In this document: positions 1 through 12,745 of the stretch, in pieces | Layout: every line of letters starts with the position of its first letter | Position numbering within the stretch: position 1 is the stretch's first letter | Source of the DNA: Laetmonice hystrix | Taxonomy: Eukaryota | DNA length: 64,000 nucleotides | Direction: 5' to 3' | NCBI GenBank assembly: GCA_965235115.1 | Contig: OZ249436.1 | Location: 24,182,001-24,246,000 of the forward strand | The notes under the pieces: model-generated | The model's input: only the letters and a program-made list of their open reading frames with translations | The model's database searches: none | What the model was told of the DNA's origin: nothing | Program-made: the position numbers and the translations under genes

Positions 1-185
1 ACGCCACCTTCCTGTGGTGATTAGGGCCCTGTATACCCCAGCTGACTGTAGTGATTAGGTCCCTCTATATAACCTGACTGTAGTGGTTAGGAACCTATAT
101 AACCCACCTGCCCTGTAGTGATTAGGACCTTATGTACCCCTCCTTACTGGAGTGATTAGGTCCCTATATACGCCACCTGCCTGCC
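1..185. repeat. Degenerate ~32-35 bp tandem repeat
   Basis: About 5 copies of ctgt(a/g)gtgattagg(n)ccctatata..cc. Confidence 0.8.
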
Positions 186-229
186 TGCCCAAAAGAAACC
201 AGAAAGCTTGATCAGCATTACAGCCACAC

Positions 230-570
230 CATTGAGAAGCCTGTTTCCAACATGGTGAACGGCAGCCATCTTGGATTTCTCGGTCAAAACGAGGTCGAAT
301 CATTAAGAAAGTACCAAAAATGAATTCCTTGACCCCAAAAACCCCAGAAAGCATATGCTGATTAGCACTGTAGCCTAGACCATAGCAAAAGTAATTTTAA
401 AGGTAGCCCCCGGCGGCCATTTTGGATTTTGGCCCCTTGCGAAGTTAGCCCACACTTTCGCGAGGGTCACCCTCGCTAATTTTTCAAAGTAACCCTCACA
501 GATGACAAATCCATAGAAAAACCTTTGTTTGGACTCAACGGTCACGGAAGTGCCAGAAATGACCGGACTA
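230..570. mobile_element. Terminus of an Academ-like non-autonomous element inserted in piggyBac-1
   Basis: The minus strand reads TAGTCCGGTC at 570, exactly where the piggyBac frame stops. Same terminus type as 37853/42149, with gccatcttggattt motifs. Left boundary uncertain. Confidence 0.6.
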
Positions 571-2045
571 CAGTGGTGGATCACCTTTCTTCATCTTGGC
601 TGCCGTTACTCTGTTAGGAACACCAAGCTGATTCACCCGTAAAGTACCACAGGCACCTGTCTGTTGATCTCCTAGTTCCCGAAACAATGCAGGGGAGGTA
701 AAAAAATTGTCCATGTATAGATAATGTCCTTTGTTGAGTATTGGACTGGCTACAGGCGTGACTACATGATGAGCAAGACCTACACCATTAGGCCAATCAG
801 ATTTTCCCGTGTACAGTTCCCAGTTGTACATGTAGCCTGTCCGGCTATCGGCAAGACACCAGGCTTTCAATTCCCACTTGTGTGGCTTAGCAGGCATGTA
901 TTGCATCATATGTGTCCGACCCTTGAAGGCAATCATCGATTCATCGATGGAAAGGTTGCGTCCTGGGTTGAAAAATCTCTGCCATCTCTCAAGCAAAAGG
1001 GTGATGAATCGCCAGAACTGAAACCATGAAAAAGGGCACATTATGATTTACAATAAATTTATCTATTACCATCACATCTAGGCAAAGGAATATTTGCACA
1101 GCACCTTATAATTTGTCAATCAGGCATTATCTAACCAATTTATATTCATGTATTTACTGTATATAGGTAAAAGTGAAAATAAAGCCTAGAGTAGGCCTAC
1201 TTTTTTATATACATGTACTGGCAATACATGATTATATTGTTCATATCAGTAAAGCATGGGGGGAGGGGGAATTCGTTGAAAAAGAAAAATACAGTACTAT
1301 ATCATTGCAGTCATCCAATGTTTGTTTAGATCCTTGGGCTGGAATTTGATCCCTGAAATAGATCCCTGAATTCTATTTAGATAGCCAGAATTTCAGTTGC
1401 ACTTTACCTTGAAGCACCTGTCATGCTGTGGGTGGTCCCTTGGAACATTTTCTTCATTATTTGTCAAATGCAAAAACGTCATCATGTTTGAGAATGCATT
1501 GCGGCTCATTATCTTCTTTAGCCCCGGCAGTTCCCCTATGGGATTCGTCGTCCAGTGTGCCTCATAGTTTGGAAAACGTACCGTACATAACCCATCAGGA
1601 GTAGAATGGCCAGAAATGCACGAACATCTCCGATTTTACAATCCACCCACTTCCGAATCCTGGCATGTGGTTTGATCTGGTCCCCGACTGCAGAAAAATG
1701 TTGTTTGGCATACCGATTTGTCTCCGTGCAGATCAAGTCACAAACAGTGTCATCAGAGAATAAAGCAAAATGGCCGTACTCATTAGCGTCTTCTGGGATG
1801 TTTTTACGACTGCAGTCTGTTGAATCGAAGTCTTTGAGCCATCTGGCAGAATATGCTTCACTGTCACTAGTGTCAGATACATTCCTCCGTTCGTTTGGTG
1901 TGTCTCCAGATGAAAGCTTGTCACTGTCTCCATCAGATTCACTGTCGTCCGATTCCGCTTCGAATCCCAAGAAATCCTTGTTTTCCGTGTCCGAATCATC
2001 GAAAATCTCACGAAAGTCGGCTTCAGTGATGCTTGACGAGTCCAT
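571..2045 (-). pseudogene. piggyBac (PGBD4-like, DDE_Tnp_1_7) transposase with an intron, disrupted
   Basis: Acidic N-terminus, ETNRYA, MSRNAF..FLHL, SIDESMIAFKGR, MDNFFTS and GTLRVN motifs. GT-AG intron 1018-1407, frameshift near 1580, truncated at 571. Confidence 0.92.
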
Positions 2046-2242
2046 TGACTTAGTGCTTCATTAGCACTAGCTGGGGGGTGCCATTTTCAAGTGGATTTTT
2101 CACAATCAACGAATGGACGGATCGTCTGCTTCTAAGAGCAATATGGTGGGTTGGAATGTGTAAAAGGTGGATATGACGTCAGCGTTCCAGTTGAAAAGGG
2201 AGAAAAACGGGTGCGACGCAAAGTTTGAATGGGTCCCGACTT

Positions 2243-2304
2243 GGGCGAGATATGTCACCTGCAGCTATCCCCCAGGTGGTGCCACAGGGCGACATATCTC
2301 GCCT
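2243..2304. repeat. Subterminal inverted repeat at the piggyBac-1 5' end
   Basis: ggcgagatatgtc ... gacatatctcgcc; the terminal CCC/TTAA was not found. Confidence 0.6.
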
Positions 2305-3096
2305 ATGACGGTAATGTTTCACGTTTAAAAGCAACCCAATAGGGGTTTTCACAGCTATCAATAGTTTTCTTTAATTCCAGTTTATTTTAGTTTACTTGGC
2401 GCCACCCAGATTTCTGTCTGGGCCGACCCCTCAAAGTCATTGTTCTTATAACAAGGAAAGCTGTGGAGGCCGACCCGAGGGTGGCGACTAGGCGGGTACT
2501 GGTCACGACTGCCTGAGAGTGTAAAGATATATAAGTTAGAACCGGGAGGTGGGGGTCAGTCGCGACGGTTACCAGTACGAGAAATAAACCAGCATTACTG
2601 AAGAAAGTATTGGAGACTCCGAGTTGTTCCAAGGTGGTGACGATATAAAGAGAGCAGCTCTCCTTATTACCAAGATACACCTAATAACCCAAGGAGTAAA
2701 TACTACACATGACTTCTCATTGTGACGTCATGGGCCATGACATCGACCAGGTGGCTTTTCAGTCGAGGCTCGGTCACTTTTGCTTGATTACGGTTAGAAA
2801 ATGCATTGTCACATGGAAACGCAATTAAATGAAATATTGAAACCTTCCACAAAAATAGTGCATGCTCTCAGGATTGGATTATAATTAGAACCGATGAAGC
2901 CTATCTTTAAGCACAACAGACAAAAAAACGCTATTGCTTTAGCATGACTGTTTATCATATGCCATGTTGCCGAGTATCTAATGGCCCACAAGAAGAGACC
3001 AAAGTATCCCTGTACTGCTACCATGTTATTCCTGAAAACTGCTAAGAGAGTCCAAACAATGGTAAAATAAATGGAAATTGCAAAACTTAGGCCTAC

Positions 3097-3214
3097 TTGT
3101 TCCTTTTCATCCTGTGTCTTCGGAACGAGTGTACATAACAATACGATGTAGCCCATATAGTACTCCTTGGCCTTGGCATACCTCTCCGACAAGTGAAGTT
3201 TCAGTTCTACAGAT
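3097..3214 (-). CDS. MCTP: MCTP exon, end of C2A domain
   Basis: ttgcAG | (K)SVELKLHLSERYAKAKEYYMGYIVLLCTLVPKTQDEKEQ | GTAGGC; 118 nt, phase 2 to 0; corresponds to the last C2 strands (MGxIxLxxxLxPK). Confidence 0.9.
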
Positions 3215-5915
3215 CTGCAACCAGTAATGTTATCATATCACCAATATGTCAACATAATATTCCTACAAGGTGAATGACCTTGACATAACTTCAATCAGAA
3301 CAATGTCCACAGCAAAACATACATGTTTACAATGTATTTCAATGTACCGAAGCGATCCAGCTCCAACCCACAGGCCCGTAATAACTATAGTGAGCATTGT
3401 CACCACCACATTGAGGCTTACTACAACAGTAATAGCGAGGGCAGCGAGCTGCAAAGCGGCTCGCAAAGCGAGCTCTATACCTAAGAAACCGCATACCGTG
3501 CATCAACCGGATGTATGGAAATCCATGGAGGCCTATGGAGGTTGACCGAAGTGAAAACGGTGAAAAAAAACAGACCGTAGATTTAGAACCTGATCTGTTG
3601 ACTTCCATTGTGACGTCACAATATCACCAGATGCTTATTCTTTCAAAGTCTACTGTGACCAATGACTGTGACGCAACAAATATCATGATGGTCGTCATAA
3701 GATGACAATAAGCGTTGCTAAGTGACCTGTCACTCCCGGTAACCCCCGGCGCTTATGCTTTCTCTGATACTTATTCTTTGGCCTGACTTGTCTTGGCGGA
3801 CACCCGGCCGTATAATTATTATGACATTATCAATAACTATGGAAAACTGAAACAAAGGCAAGCCGTAGTAGGCTATACAGATAAAACTGCGCTCGCCCCT
3901 GGGTAGCGCCTAAGTCATATTGTAAAATACCGACGGTATTTTTGTGTATATATTCCGTCTCCTCCCCCTTATAAATATTATAAATTAGTCCCTCTCGATT
4001 GTGCGGCCACTATGGACATTCGAGGCCGACGGTAATTTGTCCTGCGTATTTTATCATTGCCAACAAGGCAGACATTGCAGACATTTTCTTACATATATTT
4101 TACATTGATCATTGCCAACAATGCAGACAGTACAGACATTCTTAACGATATTTCATGTGTAGAAGTAGAATCCCCTACCTGTAGATCCTCCCACAGCTGG
4201 CGTCCCGCCGTGAACAATATGCCACTCTCCGGCAGATTGGCCGAGTCACAACACAGACAATAGGTCCACCGCGGATTTAGACTTGATAGTACCGGAGGAG
4301 GGCAATTATCCCACCAACCAGACAGAGGAATAAAAGCACCCTCAGGCCAGGACAATGTAGAAACAGACGGACGCCACTGTGGAAGCCAAAAATACTAACT
4401 GTCCCTCGGTTTTACTAAAACCCCCACCTACGCTAAAAGGGCCCTTTCATCGCTTAGGTGTGAAATGCCGGCTTCCATGGCGGTGGTATCCACCCTCTTT
4501 GATGAGCCAGACCTGGCCCAAGGAGACGTGGCTCGCCGTCCCTCCCACCTTACCACCCAGTCGGGCGGGGGACAACCACCTGGGTTCGGGAGCTGGGGAT
4601 GTGAATGCCGGTGAATCTAACTGGGAGCTTGATCTCCCTTTGATCCCGAGCTACGGTCCGGTGGGCGTTCACACCACCCCTACCTTCCGGGCCAATCACA
4701 GCACTGGCGTCCCAGACCCCCCAAGTGACCCGCATCTGGCGGGTCAGACCTGCAAACCGGCACCAAAACCCGCTGACCGGCGAGGACAGCCATAGGACCC
4801 CTCAGAATGATAAATACAGGCCGAAAACGCCCAGGCCTACTGCTAGGCCCATCCTTCCTACTTTGTCTGTGTCGTTGGTTGAGGATAATCTGCGGCTTGA
4901 TCACACGTAAATTAGTAAAATTAGCTCAAAATACCTGCGTCAGGCACTTTCTTTGCTTAACCACATCAAGTGGTCTAGATCTACCCATATCCAATAGATG
5001 CCGATTGTTGCCCCTCCCCCCCTTATTTTTGCAGACTGAGTTTTTAACGAATTGTTAATGAAAAAAACGTTATTTTCTGCTAACTCTAAGGCCTTGGATT
5101 TTGTTCCCACATGCCAGGAAAACGCGTATTTGGCACTTTAATCTTCAAATGTTTTGGGGGGAGGGCCCCCAGACCCCTCGCTCGACACTTCGCACCTTCG
5201 GCGCTCGCATGACCAGCATTTCAAATCTTGGAACTTGGGACCTATGCGTCCCCACGTGACCAACCCCCAGACCCTGCTATTGGAAGCCTGGCTGACCAAT
5301 CCGGTGAGGGCCCCGTCTTCCCCTATGTATATATAACCCCAACTTGACGGCAATAAAGCCTCAGTGTTCAGTCACCGTAATAGCTGTTCACCTTCTTCTG
5401 TTCCTCCATGCTCGGGTAGCCTAGCCCCCCTGGTAGCCCCCCGTTCTGCACGCCATCGGGCATGAACGACACCTAGGGAACTGACTGCCGGTCACCCTCC
5501 CTACCTATGTGTTTAGGAGACAGACCCTCCGCCCCTAACACTGGCGACCACACAACCACGCCCCTTGTAAAGGGCGCGCCCTCTGGCAGGAACTCGCTCA
5601 TGACGAACCCAGTCAGCATGCCAACTTTACAATATTATCTATTGTCAAGATCTCCAAAGTTGTAATCTCTTATTTGAAACATACACTAGCCATCCCCTAC
5701 ATTGAGTTCACCCTTAACCCTCGTATATATGGCTAGTGCAGGAGCCTGCACACTGGTTAGATGCGTATTCTTTTGGAGACACTCTTTTATTATGGGACAC
5801 ATATATTTAATGAATAACTTTGGTCGAACAGCATATTTTGGTTCAGCTTGTACCCCTATGTTTAGAGATTCCGAAGTGCGATTTTTTTTGGCCATTTACA
5901 AAAACCGTTTCGATA

Positions 5916-7628
5916 TGTAGTGGGCAAGGTCCCCACCAGGTGGCTCTGGTGGCTGATGTGGCGTTCTCTGGCAGTCACGTGGTGGGCTCAGCCAATGAGG
6001 AGGCACTCTGTCCTTGCGGTGGAGGAGCGGCGCGCTCTTCCCCGCTGGCAGTGTGCCAACTTTAAGGGACCCACCGCTGGCTATATAAGGAGGGCGCACA
6101 GCCACGCTCGACAGGGAGGAAAGTGAAACCAGCAGACACACACATACCAGCAGACCCGCAGCACTAACTAGCAGACTTGCAGACCATACCTAACTAGCAG
6201 ACCTGCAGACAATAACCAGCAGAACACCAGAGACCGACCAACTTTGAACCAACCACCGACCGTTCCAGAACCGCCGACCGACCACTGACCCCTTCTGAAC
6301 CGCCGACTGCATGACCATGATGCTGACCTGCAGACCGCCAATCAACCCTGAGACCCACAGACCGCAGAGATAAACCCAATCACCGACCGTCCACCTACCA
6401 GCCTACCCCGTCTACCTAAACTACCCCACCAGTACTGAGTAGGCTATGCCAACCCTTTTTATTTCAGAGTTCAGTTTTATTACAGTTACCACCGACAGAA
6501 CTTAACTTAATCTAATGATGTGCCACACATGTAATATGATGTATAGAATGAGAAACCTGTTGTTAGCCCACACCCCTGGCGCCCCGCGAGCGTGCCCCGG
6601 GGACTGGTTTATAATCTGCTAATCAGTATCGCCGTCAATGTTATGAAAGCGGAAGGTGCTGTGGGAAGTGATGGGAGTCGCCGGCCTCCTGAGACCATGG
6701 GCGGTACATACCATGTCAGCCAGTGTGTTTTTCTTACATTACTGTAGGCTTACAGTTGGAACACCCAGTACTTAGAATTGTCCGTTGGTGTTAAAACATT
6801 GGAGGCCTGTTAGTTAATTCCTCGTGGTTGGGGAGCAGACAGTGTGGTAAGGCTGTGAGTCAGATAGGCTTGTGTGATGTTGTTTATCTTTATGTTGTAA
6901 ATTCAATTATGGGGAGAACTTAAAGGGTGAAGCTGGAGAAGTTAAGCATTATTGGAGTGGAGTTACCTGTAATGTTGCATTATACTTGGGGTTGTGCTTG
7001 TTTAAATGTTGTACATATTATGTTGAGATGAAACTTAATTGTGATAACTGTGTATATGTACCTCAGTATTTGGGTTGTTGGTCTTCCCACAGTGTTAATG
7101 CCATCCAGTGATCCCACGCTTAACCCATTAAGGACGGGTGATGCCTTGAGGCATTCCCCGGCGGGGGCCGGATTATGCCCTGAGGCATTCCCGTGCGGGG
7201 GCCGAATGATCATTTGACTTACGTCGGAGCCCATTGTGTATAGAGCGACAACGCAGCGCTGTGACGTAACGTCACAATTGAGTGCTAGCTGCGCTGGACC
7301 TAGACCAACTTTAGACTCAATTCCCTACTTTTGTCCAAAACATGGATCATTTTTCTGGGGATGACAGTGATTGGAAGCATGGAAGGCAATCCGTTATCAC
7401 ATGTGGCCGCCCAGAATGGCCCGTCCTTATGGCACATTCACACAATTGTTACGTCGTCACTAGTGCACGTCTCGGCCACAAGGGGCCCGTCTCGAAAGGG
7501 TTAAGTACTAATTTGAACACAAGGAGAAGTACGTCTATATGATGTCCCTTCCCCTACAGATCACGTGAATGCTACCTAGTTGGTGATCCTTGACCAGGCC
7601 TAATGCCTGGGTCGGGAAAACCACTACA
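5916..7628 (+). mobile_element. Solo LTR-like element with a nested piggyBac MITE
   Basis: 8-bp terminal inverted repeat TGTAGTGG...CCACTACA; CCAAT (~5992) and TATATAA (~6082); no recognisable TSD. Confidence 0.6.
7124..7500. mobile_element. piggyBac-type MITE
   Basis: TTAA on both sides (7120-7123, 7501-7504); termini CCCattaagGACGGG and CCCGTCtcgaaaGGG; subterminal direct repeats gaggcattccc..gggggccg. Confidence 0.7.
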
Positions 7629-7645
7629 GTACCTATGTTTTCTTG

Positions 7646-8945
7646 CAGTCCGGCAGAATTTTTGAAAACCCTTCGATGTTTGTTAAAGTTTCTTTTTTTT
7701 TCACTTGATTTTGGTCCCTCAGGGCACCAAAAATAATATTTTGCCGGATGTGCTGTTGTTCCCACCCTTGCCTATTCTGAGAAATCCAAGATGGCTGCCA
7801 CAATGGGGACCAAAAGGAACAAGTCCCATAACTTCTCAACCAAATCACTCAGGAAGCTGATTTTGGTGTCTAAGCATGCTTTTCTGGGGGCAAGGAAACC
7901 AATGAAACAAGCTTGTGAAGCTTATAGCCCCCACCAAGATCTATGGATTCTTGAACAAACGATGCATGACTTCAATTCATTTTTGAGGGGCAAAGAAGAT
8001 GTGAAATGCAACTTCGTATGCAGTTCGTCTGAATTTGAGTACTATGCAGTTCGGCGGTTAAAGGAGAAGTCCAGTCAAAAATCACATTTGGACAGCTGCA
8101 AGGCCTCTATATATACTCACCTTTCAGAGTAGTGGTTGGAAATAAATGTCCCCCTATTCCAAGAAGTCATATGTTGAACATGACAACCGTGTCAAAATCA
8201 CTGGCTTCAGCAGCGCAGCCATTTGTTGCTATTGGGCTGGCCGGAAGTGACGTTACAGGGCTAATCTATTCGATGCCGGGGCTAGGCTATACTAGGCTAA
8301 AGGCAGCCGAGGCGGGGGGCAAATCGACGGGGGTCAGTCCCACAGTCACAGTCACAGTCACAACTAAATGCAGCAGGTCTGTGCTGACCATGCCGACACT
8401 GCCATTGCCCGCGGTCGTAGTCAGAGTGGGGCCGGGCCTCAGGGGCCATGAGCTCCGTCAACATTCACACGAGTCCGAGTGGGACGAATTGAATGCAGGC
8501 GGCCGAAACCCACGGCTGCCCAGATCCGTGTCCACCCTGATATATCCCCTGACATTGGTAGGCTTAATTCCTAGCCATTCCTCATCACTATCGTTGGTTT
8601 TCGTCTATGTGCTAACAAATTTTGCTTATAAGCTGTCAACGTTCGCTGCCTTCCGAATCGATCAGCGCAACAGGTGCATCAGTTTTTAGTTCCTCCCAAA
8701 CTGGAGAGCAGTCGTGCTGCGCATGCTCGCCTAGGGCGATCATGCACAGTTTGAGATTAGCCCAAGGAGCAGACGATAATGGCGGCCTTCACCAGCTGAA
8801 CAGGTTCTAAGAAGCCTCCGGCACTAAAGTGCTTATATCTTCACTATTTGAGCACCAATTGTGTTCAAATATTTTTTAACTTGCTTAAAATATCACGGCC
8901 TGTGTGCCTGGCCTGTACAGACTGGCGATGGCCGTTTCTTTTAAG
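7646..8945 (+). mobile_element. Academ-like non-autonomous fragment
   Basis: Starts cagtccggcagaa; 8070-8940 is homologous to 49690-50455 plus 51300-51400 inside the Academ element. Confidence 0.65.
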
Positions 8946-9469
8946 GCCAGTTTATCGGCGCACGTCAGGTAAAAGTTCATGAAGACTTTAAAAGTTTACA
9001 TGAACTTTGAAATCGAGACATTCCAGGTGGTTTATGTCCTCCCTGACATTCCCCCGCGTGGCAATTAGCTTATCTGTAACCCTTCATGCCTGCCCTATAT
9101 CAAAGTACGCAGCCTTTAACAGCTGATGGTAACTCTGGGTCCTGATCACTGTGTCTGTGTCTGCAGCAGCAGCCCGTTCTGCTACACTACAGGCTCATAC
9201 ACCATCTGACCCCTCCTCCCCACCATAAAGACATAGATCACTGAATATATCTCCAATGCTTTGGTCAGATTCATGGTCAGAATCAGATGAAGATCCGACA
9301 GGGGATGCCATGCTGGGCGCGAGTGGTGAATACAACTAGGGCCTACTGTAAATGACGTGGCCCAGCCGGTGACTCAGATTCCAGGGGGGGTCGGGGCAGG
9401 GAGTAAATTGGTACACTTTTCACACAGGCTCAGCAGGAGATAAGCTCTGGCGTAGGAATAATTGGAAAT

Positions 9470-10630
9470 ATGCATGGCCTTGTTTGACCTTTATAAAGCA
9501 CCCAAGGTCATGGAAAATGGTGCCAAATGAAACTTCATATATGACTTCCTATCTGTCAATTATGGTAACTATAGCGTTATCATTCACCATTTTCAAGATA
9601 TAAGCCAAAACTGTATTTTCTTTTGAAATGCACGGGCATCAGGGGTACCCCAATTACTTTGACAATGTCCCTAAAGAGAAAATTTGTATAGTCCTCTACA
9701 GGAATCGAACCCAGGCCCTAAGATTACTGCACCCATTCGCATAGCATAAGGTGTCGACATCCATGCCCACTAGGCCACCGCCACTGTAATTGTGGGGGGG
9801 GGTCAAGAAACAAATATGGCCACCATGTCGCCATTTTGGATCTGAATTGAAATTACATTGCGATGCATATTGGCCATCATTATGCCTCCTCCCTGCACCA
9901 GGTTTGAAAGAAATCGTTATTACTCAAAATATGTTTACATCCAAGATGGCCACCAAGCAGTCATTTTGAATGATATCAAAAATCTGTTTAACATGCATCA
10001 TCCTCAGATGATCCCTGATCATTGTGTGAAGTGTCAAAGAAATCGGCCCACACACCTCTGAGAAATCACTGTCTACGGATATACGTACGGACTCACGGTC
10101 GGCGCGACGGACGGACGGACCGAGGGCGAATTATAAGCCCCCTGTTGTGGGGGCTAAAAAGGAAATTTCACATCGGAGCACTCCTTTAACACATAAATTT
10201 AGGATGGCTGCCACAGTGGTAGCCAAAATTGGAAAAGTCCTATAACTTCTCAACCAAATCATTTAGGAAGCTCGTTTTGGTATCTAAGTCTAGTTTTTTT
10301 GGGGCAGTGAATCCAACGGAGAAAGACAATTTCACATTGACGACCCCTTTATCACAGAAATTAAAATATGGCTGCTGATGGAATAAGAAATTTTCTGCTT
10401 GACCCAATCCCTTTTGAACATGGCTTCCCAAACATCCTGAATAAAAGTTTACGAAAAGACACTTTTGGGAGGATCCTCCTCAGACTGTACTTGATCATTG
10501 TTTCATACATTTTGACTCATACACTCCTAAGAAATTGCTGTCTACGGACAGACGTCCTATGAACCAGACTTACGGACAGACGGAGGGTGAATTAGAAGCC
10601 CACGTCCATTCGGGTTGGGGGCTAACAAAA
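9470..10630 (+). mobile_element. Helentron/HINE-like non-autonomous repeats
   Basis: atatgacttcctat..gtaactat core; (ggac)n microsatellite followed by a GC hairpin (agccccc..gggggct) and an A-run at ~10135-10160 and ~10596-10630. Confidence 0.55.
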
Positions 10631-10641
10631 CAATAACTTAC

Positions 10642-10864
10642 TTGTTGAGCTCCAGTGTCGTTGGATCAATTTCTGCTGAACCCATTGGGTCATCATTAAG
10701 ACCTCTATCGTAGTCAAACACCTTCACTTGTACTGGCTTAAAAGGATCTTCTATTGGTAGTGAAAATTTTTCATCCCACTTAGGATTGAGATTTTTGTAA
10801 ACAATACGGCTCTTGTATAACTGTTTTCCACCAATCTTGAACTTGACATATGGATCACTGGTTC
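10642..10864 (-). CDS. MCTP: MCTP exon, C2A domain core
   Basis: ttccAG | (G)TSDPYVKFKIGGKQLYKSRIVYKNLNPKWDEKFSLPIEDPFKPVQVKVFDYDRGLNDDPMGSAEIDPTTLELN(K) | GT; 223 nt, phase 1 to 2; closely resembles MCTP1/2 C2A. Not in the ORF track. Confidence 0.96.
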
Positions 10865-11399
10865 CTGGAATCAGATAGAAAAGTAGAAATCTGTAAACAT
10901 TTGGTCAAATTATGATTAACATTTTGGCAGTCATACCGTGTCATAGCTACACTAATCTGGTAGGAAGCATGAAGATGGGCTGTGCAGTCACCACTAGACA
11001 TTGGTTTAACCTGGGCCAGCCGCACAGAAGGTGCTGATAGTGTGGGTTTTGACACTGGCCACTAAAACTCAATGGCTATCAGCATTGATAGTGATGCTGA
11101 TAGCACTATCAACCTTCTGTGCGGCCGGCACAGTGTTGGATTCGGTAGGGCAACCAGAGACAGGGGTCATGGCCAGGACTTCGCTAAGCCAGATATCCAT
11201 TTGTCAGCACACAGCGGTGGTCACGGCCAGGACTTCGCTAAGTCGGACATACATGCGGCGGTCTTCAGTGGGGGTCTCTACTATACCCAGTAGTCTACGT
11301 AGAGGTGTCGTCTGGTTGCCTGCCCAAGTCAAACTGCTGTCAGTTGCAACTCAGCCTCTATTTATCCAAAACCAGCGGGGAGTCCAAACATGCAAATGG

Positions 11400-12745
11400 A
11401 GACGTCATAGGCATTTATATAAGCAAGGGCTTAAAGGCATAAAACATGCTGTAGTCGTTTACTTTAGCATCATATCTCGCTCATTTTTCAAGATATCAAT
11501 AAGATATCAATAAGAAACTTGGTAGAATTGCCATTTTGAAGCATATAAGCAATTTGACCTATTTTCACTGAACCAGGTGACCTCGAGGTTTTGAACAGTG
11601 GTCAGTTTAGATATCCATGGCCATAACTTGTAAACGGTGCCAAACAGGGCTATGGGTACTATTGAACACAAAGAGGAACTCATATTATGCTCTTTCATTT
11701 GTTAGGTCACGTGATGTATGACGTCATAACGATGTCATCCATATTTTCTCAGGTCTTTAACTTGTAACTGGTTGAAGTTAGAGCCAGAGTTACTATTAAA
11801 CTCAGGTCTTTAACTTGTAAATGGTTGAAGTTAGAGCCAGAGTTACTATTAAACACGAATAGGAAGTCATATATCCTCTTTCATTTGAGACCATTATTTT
11901 TTAGGTCGCGTGACCTATGATGTCATAACAATGTCTCAGGGCTATAACTTGTTAACTATTAAACACTAATAGAAAGTCATATGCTCTTTCATTTGACACC
12001 ATTATTTATCAACCTTACGGGACGTTCAACCTTATATATGGTAGAATTTAGAGCCATAGTTACTACTGAACACGAATAGGCACATATATGGTCTTTCGTT
12101 TGACACCAAGATTGACATCTCATAAGGATTTTCAGAGTGTTTCTCAGGGTCTATTGAACACGAATAGACAGTATTATATGGACATGTCACCCAAGGGATG
12201 GGATCCATCCTGGTTTTATCCATGAGAGGTCTAGTTATCCAATTGTGTGGTTTCGGTTTCTGTATTATTTTTCTATCCCATCACTTATTCAGGGGCTAGG
12301 ATCTAGAAATTGTGTGGTTTCGGTTTTTGTATTATTTTCCGTGATGTAATTCATTTTTTGCAAATATTTTGACATTTGACCTTTGACATGTCTGAAAGCT
12401 CGGTCAGAGGTCAGAAAATGTTTAAATCCCTACTTCTTCCTCAATTTTCATAAAAACTTTATGAAATTGCACAGGGATGGTATCTAATGAGAGCTTCAAA
12501 GGAATCCACTTTGCTACAATTGATTTGACCTATATTCGCTTAGTCACGTGACCTGAAAGATTTGCAACGTGGTCATTATCGATATCTATGGCTATACCTC
12601 AGAAACGGTGCCAGATAGGGCCATAGTTACTATTGAACACGAATAGGAAGTCATGCATGCTCTTTCAGTTGACGCCAAGTTTGATGACGTAGCGTGACCT
12701 ATTGTTGCAGCCAGGCTTCACTGCCACTGGACATGTAGTTTAGTT
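11400..12745 (-). mobile_element. Helentron/HINE-like repeats with internal ~146-bp-family units
   Basis: Reverse-complement homology to 22600-22900 and 27540-27870; includes a 53-bp tandem duplication at ~11748-11853. Confidence 0.65.

Noticed and set aside
2315..2707. Solo LTR (TATA, AATAAA, ends ..TACA); similar signals at ~5250-5631
   Set aside because: No convincing left end or TSD, so not reported as a feature.
8132..8689. 185-aa ORF as a gene
   Set aside because: The homologous copy at 49750-50300 has indels and stops that break the frame; non-ATG start.
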